From contig NC_007614.1 of NCBI RefSeq assembly GCF_000196355.1, forward strand, positions 1,530,001 to 1,562,000: a stretch of 32,000 bases of DNA, given 5' to 3'. The DNA is from Nitrosospira multiformis ATCC 25196. Its GTDB lineage: Bacteria; Pseudomonadota; Gammaproteobacteria; Burkholderiales; Nitrosomonadaceae. Each line of letters starts with the position of its first letter. The stretch's first letter is position 1. Of the stretch, positions 1-8,340 are shown one piece after another. The notes under the pieces were generated by a model. The model was not told the DNA's origin. It searched no databases and saw nothing but the letters and a program-made list of their open reading frames with translations. Both the position numbers and the translations under genes were made by a program.

Positions 1-402
1 GTCGCAGGCTCCATCAATGGTGTTTCCGCTACAGGGTCGGGACAGATGCTGACTGCTGCTGGCGGGGGATCCGCCGAAGGTCTGCGCGTCGCCATCCACG
101 GCGGCGCGCTCGGCACCCGGGGGACAATCGAGTTCTCGCGAGGTTACGCCGAGCGATTGAGTAAGGTTGCAGAAGAGTTTCTCGCCACTGAGGGAGTGAT
201 TGCCACCCGGGTCGAGGGACTGAACGCCAGTATCAAGGATCTCGATCGGCGCCAGGAGGATTTTAGCCGTCGACTTGAAACCGTTGAGGCGCGTTACCGG
301 GCACAGTTCTCTGCGCTTGATGCCATGCTGGGCAGCTTGACCCAGACGAGCCAGTTTCTTCAACAACAACTGGCCTCGCTGCCAACTCTCAACGAAAAAT
401 AA
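1..402 (+). CDS. fliD: Flagellar filament cap protein FliD, C-terminal part (5' end outside window)
   Basis: Frame 1 is open from nt 1 (VAGSINGVSATGSGQMLTAAGGG...), so the ORF-track Met at 46 is internal. Heptad-like C-terminal tail (LDRRQEDFSRRLETVEARYRAQFSALDAMLGSL). Followed directly by fliS and fliT as in fliDST operons. Confidence 0.8.
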   Translation, partial: VAGSINGVSATGSGQMLTAAGGGSAEGLRVAIHGGALGTRGTIEFSRGYAERLSKVAEEFLATEGVIATRVEGLNASIKDLDRRQEDFSRRLETVEARYRAQFSALDAMLGSLTQTSQFLQQQLASLPTLNEK

Positions 403-417
403 CGGAGGAGTAAATAT

Positions 418-882
418 ATGTATTCAGTACCTCGCTGCGGTGTAAACGCATATGCCCGGGTTGGTCTTGAAACGGGTGTAATCGCCGCCAGTCCTCATAA
501 ACTCGTCCTGATGCTGTTTGAGGGAGCGCGGATAGCATTGGCTTCGGCGCTTACCCATACGCGAAGCGGCCAGATAGCGGCCAGGGGCGAAGCGATTTCC
601 AAAGCCATTGCAATCATCAACTCCGGCTTGCAAGCCAGCCTGGACATCAAAGCGGGAGGAGAGCTCGCCCAGCAATTGAATGCGCTTTATGAGTACATGG
701 GACGCCGGCTGTTACAGGCTAATGTTCATGACAAACCGGAATATATCGAAGAGGTAAGTGGTCTTCTTGGCGAACTGCACGAGGCATGGGAAGCGATCGG
801 CTCGTTCACGCAGTCAGGTGGAGAGGGAGAGATGATTTCATCCGTCACTCATGACGGCATTGCCAATCTGAAAAAAGCGTAA
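418..882 (+). CDS. fliS: Flagellin-specific export chaperone FliS
   Basis: 154 aa. N-terminal YARVGLETGVIAASPHKLVLMLFEGA matches the FliS signature. SD GGAGGAG lies 7 nt upstream of the ATG. Position after fliD. Confidence 0.9.
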   Translation: MYSVPRCGVNAYARVGLETGVIAASPHKLVLMLFEGARIALASALTHTRSGQIAARGEAISKAIAIINSGLQASLDIKAGGELAQQLNALYEYMGRRLLQANVHDKPEYIEEVSGLLGELHEAWEAIGSFTQSGGEGEMISSVTHDGIANLKKA

Positions 883-1223
883 TGATGATGACAAGTGCAG
901 AAAACCTTGCTGTGTTTCAGTCTCTTTCCGACCTTACCGGAGAAATGAGAGAGGCTGCCCAGGGGAGTGAGTGGGATCGGCTTGCGGGATTGGAACGACG
1001 CTGCGCAGCCTTGGTGGCGCAACTCGAGAGCGCGGAGGCGGTGCGGCTTCCCCAGGATATGCAACGGCAGAAAGTTGAGCTGATTCACAAGATTCTGGCC
1101 GATGACGCAGCCATACGCGAGTACACGGAACCCTGGATAAGACAGGTTCAAGCTCTGCTGGGTACTGCCAGCCGCTCGCGGTGCGTGCGTCAGGCCTATG
1201 AGTCGGGGGCGTGGAATTTCTGA
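882..1223 (+). CDS. fliT: Flagellar export chaperone FliT
   Basis: 113 aa helical protein. The start overlaps the fliS stop (TAATG). FliT-like pattern ...GEMREAAQGSEWDRLAGLERRCAALV...LIHKILADDAAIRE. Synteny fliD-fliS-fliT. Confidence 0.7.
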   Translation: MMMTSAENLAVFQSLSDLTGEMREAAQGSEWDRLAGLERRCAALVAQLESAEAVRLPQDMQRQKVELIHKILADDAAIREYTEPWIRQVQALLGTASRSRCVRQAYESGAWNF

Positions 1224-1323
1224 GCGGGAATTCCGGGAGCGCGCTCTCGTAGCACCGTCAAAATGTGCAGGTCAGGGAATCCGGTTTAATCCCCAGCTTA
1301 ACCCTTTGGCAGGGTTCAGGATC

Positions 1324-1361
1324 AGGGCGAGCGGGGAAAAACGACTTAGGGCGAGCGGGGA
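1324..1361 (+). repeat. Perfect 14-nt direct repeat AGGGCGAGCGGGGA (1324-1337 and 1348-1361, 24-nt period) inside a G-run-rich tract
   Basis: Read directly from the sequence. It sits in the 1224-1480 tract, which is very rich in GGG/GGGG runs and GGA triplets. Confidence 0.9.
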
Positions 1362-1588
1362 GGCGAAGGATTCGGGAGGAGTTCCTCATGGGGAGGGCAA
1401 GTTTCATTCCAGGTTTTCCCAATCACGAGACACGGGAAGAGGGGTCCGAGGGCAGATCCCATTCGATGGGTACAGATAGGCCTGTTTAATTCGTCCAGAC
1501 CCCTGGCAGTGGATCAACCCCAGAACAGGAGAATTCGATCTGCGTGCAGTCGACTCAATCGCGGCAATAACTTCAATCCGTCCGGTTC

Positions 1589-1620
1589 AATCCTCACTTC
1601 AAAGAAGTGAGGATTTTACT
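1589..1620 (+). terminator. Perfect hairpin (12-bp stem, AAA loop) followed by a T-rich run; intrinsic-terminator-like
   Basis: AATCCTCACTTC-AAA-GAAGTGAGGATT (1589-1615), then TTTACTTCGTT. A T-rich tail exists only on the + strand. Caveat: it lies inside the open frame that continues into the 1654 ORF, so it may be an intragenic or attenuating structure instead. Confidence 0.45.
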
Positions 1621-1653
1621 TCGTTCCTCGCCGGACTGGAGCCTGGGCGTTCT

Positions 1654-2607
1654 TTGAGAGCGCAGGTGCAAGCTCTGCTTCCCAATAATGAATTCGTCGT
1701 AATGCTGTATGGCCGGGAGGAGCAGGATGGGCAGGTGTTACAGATGAAATTGCCCCGGAGTGCGCACTTGGGCGAAACATTCAATCTGATTTTCCTGTCC
1801 CGCGCGCCAAAGCCGACGTTCGGACTCGTGCTCGGCTCTCAAGCAGTGGCTCCTCAATTGAGTGAGACCGGACGTTTCATCAGCACCCTGCTCCAGCAGC
1901 CGCTTCCACTTCCTTCTGTCAGTCGATCGATGCAGTCGGATGTGGCGCCATTGCTGCCCGCGCCACCACGCGAGGGTGCGCCGGGACAGCATACGCAACT
2001 CGCTCAAGGATTGATGCAAGCAATAAGTTCAAGCGGACTGTTTTATGAGTTCCATCTGATGCAATGGGTGGCCGGCAAAAGATCATTGGCCAGCCTGCTG
2101 CTGGAACCGCAGGGGCGTTTATCGGAAAACCTCCCGCAGGCGCCCGCGATTGCTTCACCCCCGGCTTCACCGGGAGGCGAGCTTCGTCTGTCAGCTCACC
2201 CGCATCAGGATTATTTGAATCCCCTGCATCGCGATACTCAAACCCTCTTGCGTCAGCAACTGGATGTTCTGGAAAGCGGACATCTTCAATGGCGAGGCGA
2301 AATCTGGCCCGGCCAGACTATCGAGTGGGATACAGTCAGAGAAAAGAAGGACGATCCGGAAAGAGGCAGGGCTGCACAGAGTGCCGTATGGAAAACCAGT
2401 GTACACCTTACGCTACCGAATCTGGGATCTGTCAACGCAGTTCTGAAGCTGGGTGAGTCCGGAGTCGAGGTTCGTCTTGCTGCAACCGAATCATCAGCCG
2501 CGATCCTGCGGGCGGGGATAGGACACCTCGTCGCAGGATTGAATTCAGCGGGAATCGGATTATCGAGTATGGGTATTGAGGCGAATGAAAAGGTTGAACC
2601 GGTCTGA
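1654..2607 (+). CDS. FliK-family (hook-length-control-like) flagellar protein; start codon unresolved (frame open from 1480; candidates CTG 1540 or TTG 1654)
   Basis: 317-aa ORF between fliT and an FlhB-CTD-like gene. The N-terminal LEPGRSLRAQVQALLPNNEFVVMLYG... pattern resembles FliK-like proteins, and the middle is Pro/Ala-rich. There is no in-frame ATG or GTG before 1654. Confidence 0.6.
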   Translation: MRAQVQALLPNNEFVVMLYGREEQDGQVLQMKLPRSAHLGETFNLIFLSRAPKPTFGLVLGSQAVAPQLSETGRFISTLLQQPLPLPSVSRSMQSDVAPLLPAPPREGAPGQHTQLAQGLMQAISSSGLFYEFHLMQWVAGKRSLASLLLEPQGRLSENLPQAPAIASPPASPGGELRLSAHPHQDYLNPLHRDTQTLLRQQLDVLESGHLQWRGEIWPGQTIEWDTVREKKDDPERGRAAQSAVWKTSVHLTLPNLGSVNAVLKLGESGVEVRLAATESSAAILRAGIGHLVAGLNSAGIGLSSMGIEANEKVEPV

Positions 2608-2890
2608 GGCTGCCGTTGCGCTGGCGTATCGGACCGGCGACCATGCCCCGCAGGTTGTTGCCAAGGGACGCGGTCTGGTTGCCGAAAATATTATCCGGGA
2701 GGCACGAAGACACGGCGTTTTCGTTCATGAATCTCCGGAACTGGTGTCCTTGCTCATCCAGGTGGATCTGGATCAGCATATTCCGCCGCAGCTCTACCGG
2801 GCGGTGGCGGAATTGCTCGTATGGCTTTACAAGATGGAAGCCGGGGAGCAGAGCAGTGAGGAGTCTCCATCAATCCCGGTCCACTCCTAA
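2576..2890 (+). CDS. FlhB C-terminal-domain-only protein (EscU/YscU/HrcU family, no membrane domain)
   Basis: 104 aa. AAVALAYRTGDHAPQVVAKGRGLVAENIIREARRHGVFVHESPELVSLL...IPPQLYRAVAELLVWL aligns by eye with the FlhB segment that follows the NPTH autocleavage site. Start is TTG 2576 or ATG 2585. Overlaps the upstream ORF. Confidence 0.8.
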   Translation: MRRMKRLNRSEAAVALAYRTGDHAPQVVAKGRGLVAENIIREARRHGVFVHESPELVSLLIQVDLDQHIPPQLYRAVAELLVWLYKMEAGEQSSEESPSIPVHS

Positions 2891-3234
2891 ACCGGCATAT
2901 TCATAATATCCTGATAGGCCGCAACCAGCTTGTTGCGTACTTGCACTGTGTACTGAAACGAGATGGATGCTTTCTGCAGCGAGATCATTGCTTCCGTCAA
3001 ATTGGCCTCGGGCGCGCCCAATTCAAAATCTCTGGCAAGCTTCGATGCATGCTGCTGAACGTTATTGACCTGATCCAGCGATCTCCTGAATACGGTTGCG
3101 AAATCGACACGTCCCGCTTCACTTCCAGTTTCGTCTCCACTCGCTATTGTCCCGACTGAACCTGCTTTGCCGCCAGCAAGTGCAGCGCCTGCGCGTAGCT
3201 GGGTGAGCATCGAATCTATGTTTGAAATGTCCAT
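2887..3234 (-). CDS. fliE: Flagellar hook-basal body complex protein FliE
   Basis: 115 aa. C-terminal ISLQKASISFQYTVQVRNKLVAAYQDIMNMPV is the FliE signature. Divergent from fliF. Confidence 0.9.
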   Translation of the reverse strand: MDISNIDSMLTQLRAGAALAGGKAGSVGTIASGDETGSEAGRVDFATVFRRSLDQVNNVQQHASKLARDFELGAPEANLTEAMISLQKASISFQYTVQVRNKLVAAYQDIMNMPV

Positions 3235-3390
3235 GGCTTCCGGCAGTGCTTTTGAAAGGTATACAAGATAGCACTCTCTCCCGTGTTCCGTTTTTTGAAA
3301 AGGCCGTAAAACCAGTTTCTTTTTCCCGAATTGAAAGCTGCAGCCCTGGTGATAATGGCGACTGTCAAGAGGTTTGCCAAGGTACGCCTA

Positions 3391-3402
3391 TCCTATATAG
3401 GA
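3391..3402. promoter_or_regulatory. Perfect 12-bp palindrome TCCTATATAGGA in the fliE/fliF divergent intergenic region (candidate operator or -10 region)
   Basis: Read directly. It lies about 47 nt upstream of the fliF GTG. TTGCCA (3374-3379) sits 16 nt upstream of TATAGG and gives a weak sigma70-like arrangement. Confidence 0.3.
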
Positions 3403-3448
3403 CAAAGAAACGCGATTTGATCTGGAGCACAGGACTGGGGAGAAACAG

Positions 3449-5152
3449 GTGACAGCGGGTGCGAATGCCACAACGATGAACAGCGCAATGAACACCGCCG
3501 CAAACAACGCGGCCAAGGGCGCGGTAAGCAGTATTCAAGGGGGACTGCAAAGCTTTCTGACGCGATTATCGAGCCAGCAGAAAATCGGTCTCATGCTGAC
3601 CGTTTCTTCCTTGGTTGCGTTGCTGGCCGCCGGATGGATGTGGACGCAGGGACCGGACTACAAGGTGCTGTTCAGCAATGTATCCGACGGTGACGGCGGC
3701 GCAATCATCGCGTCCCTCCAGCAAATGAATGTGCCCTACAAATTTGCCGAAGGCGGCGGAGCGATACTCGTCCCATCGAGCCAGGTGCATGATACTCGCC
3801 TCAAACTTGCATCTCAGGGGTTGCCAAGGGGAGGTCTGGTAGGTTTCGAACTGATGGAAAACCAGAAGTTCGGTACCAGCCAGTTTCTTGAACAGGTCAA
3901 TTTCCAGCGGGCGCTGGAAGGTGAACTGGCCCGTTCTGTCCAGGCATTGGCGGCTGTCGACAGCGCCAGGGTCCATCTGGCGATCCCGAAGCAATCGGTA
4001 TTTATGCGGGAGCAACAGAAACCGAGCGCATCCGTGCTGGTGAATCTCTACCCCGGCCGCACCCTCGATCCCCAGCAGGTCAATGCGATCGTCCACCTCG
4101 TTTCCAGCAGTGTGCCCAATCTGCATGTGAAGAATGTGACGGTAGTGGATCAACAAGGCGATCTACTGACCAGGATCGATGAATCGAACCCCAATACGGG
4201 CCTGGATCCAGCTCAGCTCAAGTACTTGCATGCGCTGGAGCAAAGCTATATCAAGCGGATCGAGGCGATTCTGATTCCCATCGTGGGACAGGAAAATGTT
4301 CGTGCTCAGGTCGCGGCCGAGGTCGATTTTGCACACTCCGAACAAACCAGCGAAACATACAGACCCAACCAGGATCCTGCAGGCTCCACCATCCGCAGTC
4401 AGCAGAGTTCGGAATCCACGAATGTGGGCACACAGAATGAAGGCGGCGTTCCGGGCGCGCTTTCCAATCAGCCTCCGGTTCCCGCAACCGCTCCGGTCAC
4501 CACGCCGCCAGCTCCTCCCGGAGCAACTGCCTCCCCATCCCGCGCCCCAAGCAGCACGCGCAAGGATGCAACCATCAATTACGAAGTCGATAAAACAATC
4601 CAGCATGTGCGCAAACCAGTCGGTGGTATAAAAAGACTTTCTGTTGCAGTCGTGGTCAACCACCGCAGAGTCGTGGACGAGAATGGTGTTGTCAGCGCCA
4701 AGCCACTGAGCGAGGTGGAAAAATCCCAGATTACCGATCTGGTGAAAGAGGCGGTCGGATTCAGCAGGGAACGTGGGGATACACTGAACGTGGTTAATAG
4801 CCATTTTACAGGTGTGGAACGGGAAGCAGCGCCAGAGCTCCCTTTGTGGAAACAGCCCGAGGTGGTTGAATTGGCTCAACAGATCGGAAAAACGCTTCTG
4901 ATTGGTGGCCTGATTCTGTATCTGGTGCTGGGTGTGCTACGTCCCTCGCTCAAGCGCATCAGCCAGCCCGAACCTCCGTTACTGGCAGAACCGAGGAACG
5001 ATGACCAGGATGTGCAACCTGTTCCCGCATTGAAACCTGCGGCACAACCTTCCGAATACGAGCAAAGACTGACGCTCGCGCGCCAGCTTGCGAAAAAGGA
5101 GCCGAAGCTGGTGGCAAACGTTGTCAAGCAATGGGTGGCTGGTCATGAATGA
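3449..5152 (+). CDS. fliF: Flagellar MS-ring protein FliF
   Basis: 567 aa. N-terminal TM (IGLMLTVSSLVALLAAGWMW) and C-terminal TM (LLIGGLILYLVLGVL). YscJ/FliF-like core (DYKVLFSNVSDGDGGAIIASLQQMNVPYKF). GGGGAG lies 7 nt upstream of the GTG. Confidence 0.95.
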   Translation: MTAGANATTMNSAMNTAANNAAKGAVSSIQGGLQSFLTRLSSQQKIGLMLTVSSLVALLAAGWMWTQGPDYKVLFSNVSDGDGGAIIASLQQMNVPYKFAEGGGAILVPSSQVHDTRLKLASQGLPRGGLVGFELMENQKFGTSQFLEQVNFQRALEGELARSVQALAAVDSARVHLAIPKQSVFMREQQKPSASVLVNLYPGRTLDPQQVNAIVHLVSSSVPNLHVKNVTVVDQQGDLLTRIDESNPNTGLDPAQLKYLHALEQSYIKRIEAILIPIVGQENVRAQVAAEVDFAHSEQTSETYRPNQDPAGSTIRSQQSSESTNVGTQNEGGVPGALSNQPPVPATAPVTTPPAPPGATASPSRAPSSTRKDATINYEVDKTIQHVRKPVGGIKRLSVAVVVNHRRVVDENGVVSAKPLSEVEKSQITDLVKEAVGFSRERGDTLNVVNSHFTGVEREAAPELPLWKQPEVVELAQQIGKTLLIGGLILYLVLGVLRPSLKRISQPEPPLLAEPRNDDQDVQPVPALKPAAQPSEYEQRLTLARQLAKKEPKLVANVVKQWVAGHE

Positions 5153-6143
5153 GGAGGGTATCTACAAGAGTGCGGTCCTGCTCCTGTCCTTGGGCGAAGA
5201 CGAGGCGGTGCAGGTACTGAAACATCTCAATCAGCTGGAGGTTCAAAAACTCGGGGCTGCGATGGCCAAGCTCAGGAATCTGAGCCGGGAGCAGGTAGAT
5301 AGTGTTCTGAGCGATTTTTGCGGCCGGGTCATGCATGAGCCGCTTCTTCTGGATGTCGATCCGGAAAACTATGCGCGGACGGTGCTCGAAAGAGCTTTGG
5401 ATGAAGATAAGTCGACGGACAATATCAGCCGCATTCTGGAGGGACACGACACGAGCGGAATCGAGGGACTCAAGTGGATTGACTCGCAGTCAGTCGCGGA
5501 ACTCATCAAGGGGGAGCACCCGCAGATCATTGCTACCATCCTCGTCCACCTCGATCGTCACCAGGCCAGTGAAATTCTCGGGCAATTGAGCGAGCAGCTC
5601 CGCAATGATGTCCTGCTGCGCATCGCCACGCTCGAAGGCATTCAGCCTTCCGCATTGCGCGAACTCAATACGGTTCTGACCGATTTGTTGTCCGGCAGTG
5701 AAAATATCAATAAAAGCTCGGTGGGCGGCATTCGTACTGCAGCGGAAATCATCAACTTCATGGGTAGCGCCGCGGAAACGTCTGTGCTTGATAATTTGCG
5801 GGAATTCGACGCGGATCTGGCGCAGAAAATAATGGATCAGATGATTGTATTCGAGAACCTCATGGATATTGACGACCGTGGAATTCAGATGTTGCTGCGG
5901 GAAATTCAATCTGACATCCTGGTTATCGCGCTGAAAGGCGCAGCCTGGGATCTGCGTGAAAGGATTTTCAAGAATATGTCGAAACGTGCCTCTGAAATCC
6001 TGCGTGAAGACCTCGAAGCGATGGGACCGGTAAGAGTAAGCGAAGTTGAAAACCACCAGAAGCAGATATTACAGGTCGTCCGGCGACTCGCAGATGAAGG
6101 GCAAATCGTGTTCGGCAGCAAGAACGAAGAAAGCTACGTATGA
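5145..6143 (+). CDS. fliG: Flagellar motor switch protein FliG
   Basis: The ATG at 5145 overlaps the fliF stop (ATGAATGA). Starts MNEEGIYKSAVLLLSLGEDEAVQVLKHL. Conserved MIVFENL and C-terminal torque-helix region. The ORF-track start at 5088 is probably too far upstream. Confidence 0.95.
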   Translation: MNEEGIYKSAVLLLSLGEDEAVQVLKHLNQLEVQKLGAAMAKLRNLSREQVDSVLSDFCGRVMHEPLLLDVDPENYARTVLERALDEDKSTDNISRILEGHDTSGIEGLKWIDSQSVAELIKGEHPQIIATILVHLDRHQASEILGQLSEQLRNDVLLRIATLEGIQPSALRELNTVLTDLLSGSENINKSSVGGIRTAAEIINFMGSAAETSVLDNLREFDADLAQKIMDQMIVFENLMDIDDRGIQMLLREIQSDILVIALKGAAWDLRERIFKNMSKRASEILREDLEAMGPVRVSEVENHQKQILQVVRRLADEGQIVFGSKNEESYV

Positions 6144-6895
6144 GTAAGGTTGGCGTGCGGGCAAAAACTTCCGGCGAAAGATCAAGAATGACGTCTCGGG
6201 CAAATCAGATCATTCTTAAGGAAGATTTGCCGACCTATCGCCGCTGGGAAATGGATGTTCTGGAGCAAGGCGCAGTGCTCGAAGGGCCGGTGGACACTTC
6301 AGTTGATACCAAAGACGAGGCAATGCCTGAGCAAATACAGGTTGCATTGCCTACAGTCGAGGAAATCGAAAAAATCCATCAGGAGGCCCGGCAGGAAGGC
6401 TATGCCGCAGGCTATGAAACCGGCCGGGAAGCTGGCGTGAAAGCCGGTTATGAGGCTGGCTGCGAGCGTGCCAGCTTTGAAGCTGGGCAATTGACGGCTG
6501 CATTTGGGAGTCTTCAGGAAGCCTTGGCAAGTGCCGACCAGAAGATTTGCAATGCTCTACTCTCCCTTGCACTCGACGTCGCCAAAGAGATGGTGCGTGA
6601 GGCATTGCGGGTGAAACCGGAACTTGTTTTCGCTGTCATTCGCGAATGTATCCAGTCTGAGCCGGTACTCGGTCAACCGGCACAGCTATTCTTGCACCCG
6701 GACGATGCTGCCCTGATACGCACCCACTTGAATCAGGAGCCAGACCATTGCGTCATTCACCCCGATCCTCGCCTGGAGCGGGGAGGATGCCGAATCAGGG
6801 TAGGGCCCAGCGAGATCGATGCCACTGTGGCGACCCGCTGGCGGCGCATAGCCCAGGCCCTGGGGCAACATAATGACTGGCTGGAGCGTCATTGA
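6140..6895 (+). CDS. fliH: Flagellar assembly protein FliH
   Basis: 251 aa. ATGA overlap with the fliG stop. Repeated AxxxG segment ([23 protein letters not shown]) and a FliH/YscL-like C-terminal domain. Position between fliG and fliI. Confidence 0.85.
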   Translation: MSKVGVRAKTSGERSRMTSRANQIILKEDLPTYRRWEMDVLEQGAVLEGPVDTSVDTKDEAMPEQIQVALPTVEEIEKIHQEARQEGYAAGYETGREAGVKAGYEAGCERASFEAGQLTAAFGSLQEALASADQKICNALLSLALDVAKEMVREALRVKPELVFAVIRECIQSEPVLGQPAQLFLHPDDAALIRTHLNQEPDHCVIHPDPRLERGGCRIRVGPSEIDATVATRWRRIAQALGQHNDWLERH

Positions 6896-8307
6896 TGGAA
6901 ACCTTATCCCATACCGACCGATGGCAAGGATTTCTCAAAAACTGCAGTGGGCTGGCCGAGGTGTCGCCGCCCTTCCAGATTTCGGGAAGCCTCACGCGTG
7001 TTACGGGATTGATAATGGAAGCAACCGGCCTCAAGCTGGCTGTGGGCAGTGGATGCACCATACTGATGCCCAACGGTAACAGCATGGAGGCCGAGGTAGT
7101 GGGCTTTCACGGTGACAGGCTTTACCTGATGCCAGCCCATGGCATGTTCGGGCTGGCTCCCGGTGCCAAGGTCGTGCCGTGGGATCGCACCGGCGTGCTT
7201 CCTAACCCGGGCAGCGCATCCCGCCAGCGGCGCCGGGCGTCTGATCAGATCAGCCGGTTTCCAGTGGGAGAAGCCCTACTGGGAAGGGTGGTGGATGGCA
7301 CGGGACGTCCTCTGGATAACCTTGGCCCGTTAGAGGTGGAACGTTCGGCTTCGGCCGCAGGTTCGCCCATCAATCCGCTCGACCGGGAACCGATCAGCGA
7401 GGTCCTCGATGTAGGGGTGCGCGCGATAAATGCCCTGCTTACGGTGGGGCGCGGCCAGCGCATGGGCCTTTTTGCCGGTTCCGGCGTGGGAAAGAGCGTC
7501 CTGCTCGGCATGATGGCGCGCTATACCAGCGCCGATATCATCGTCGTGGGATTGATCGGTGAGCGCGGAAGAGAGGTCAAGGATTTCATCGAACAAATCC
7601 TAGGTGCTGAAGGGTTGGCACGTTCGGTGGTAGTGGCAGCACCCGCAGATACCTGGCCCCTCATGAGATTGCAGGGTGCGTCCTATGCGACTTCTGTCGC
7701 TGAATACTTTCGGGACCAGGGAAAAAATGTTCTATTGATCATGGATTCGCTCACCCGCTATGCAATGGCGCAGCGTGAGATCGCGCTTGCGATCGGGGAA
7801 CCTCCCGCAACCAAAGGGTATCCGCCTTCCGTATTCGCCAAACTGCCGCAATTGGTGGAAAGGGCGGGGAATGGAGTCAAGGGAAGCGGTTCGATCACCG
7901 CTTTCTATACCGTGTTAGCCGAAGGGGACGATCAGCAGGACCCCATCGCGGATGCGGCCAGGGCGATTCTGGATGGCCACATCGTGCTTTCGCGGCAACT
8001 GGCGGAAAGCGGGCATTATCCTGCCATCGATATCGAAGCCTCCATCAGTCGCGCCATGACCAGCCTGATCTCGCCCGAATATTTTGAGCAGGTGCGTAAT
8101 TTCAAGCAGCTTTTTTCACGCTATCAGCGTTCGCGCGACCTGATCAGCGTAGGAGCATATTCCCCGGGGAATGACAGATTGCTGGACCGGGCGATTGCCC
8201 TGTATCCAAAACTCGAACATTTTCTTCAACAAACCATGGTGGAGCGGGCAGGGTATGAAGAGAGTACCCGAAGCCTGGAGGCCCTGCTGGCCTTAAACCT
8301 CAATTAA
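6895..8307 (+). CDS. fliI: Flagellum-specific ATPase FliI
   Basis: Walker A GSGVGKS, Walker [10 protein letters not shown], and F1/T3SS ATPase family features. The ATG overlaps the fliH stop (TGATG). A TTG at 6892 is an alternative start. Confidence 0.95.
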   Translation: METLSHTDRWQGFLKNCSGLAEVSPPFQISGSLTRVTGLIMEATGLKLAVGSGCTILMPNGNSMEAEVVGFHGDRLYLMPAHGMFGLAPGAKVVPWDRTGVLPNPGSASRQRRRASDQISRFPVGEALLGRVVDGTGRPLDNLGPLEVERSASAAGSPINPLDREPISEVLDVGVRAINALLTVGRGQRMGLFAGSGVGKSVLLGMMARYTSADIIVVGLIGERGREVKDFIEQILGAEGLARSVVVAAPADTWPLMRLQGASYATSVAEYFRDQGKNVLLIMDSLTRYAMAQREIALAIGEPPATKGYPPSVFAKLPQLVERAGNGVKGSGSITAFYTVLAEGDDQQDPIADAARAILDGHIVLSRQLAESGHYPAIDIEASISRAMTSLISPEYFEQVRNFKQLFSRYQRSRDLISVGAYSPGNDRLLDRAIALYPKLEHFLQQTMVERAGYEESTRSLEALLALNLN

Positions 8308-8340
8308 CCCCAATCAATCTCAATTAGCTGTTGCCTGATC

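Noticed and set aside
1198-1489. ORFs 1198..1479 (93 aa) and 1265..1489 (74 aa) in the G-rich tract
   Set aside because: Two overlapping frames are open simply because G-rich DNA is poor in stop codons. The translations are Gly/Arg/Glu low-complexity. I do not call them as independent genes, but see the finding on the in-frame relationship with the 1654 ORF.
1584-1594. T-loop-like strings (GGTTCAATCC at 1584-1593; GGTTCGAG near 24625) that might flag tRNA genes
   Set aside because: No complementary T-stem, acceptor stem or anticodon arm could be built around them, so no tRNA is called.
3566-4879. Long minus-strand ORFs (196 aa and 238 aa) inside fliF, and similar antisense ORFs at 5490..6056, 9729..10391, 13033..13674 and 18496..19122
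   Set aside because: All are antisense to genes with strong family signatures (fliF, fliG, fliK, fliP, uvrB). They have no SD and no recognisable domains. The His-rich run in 13033..13674 is a by-product of the fliP complement.
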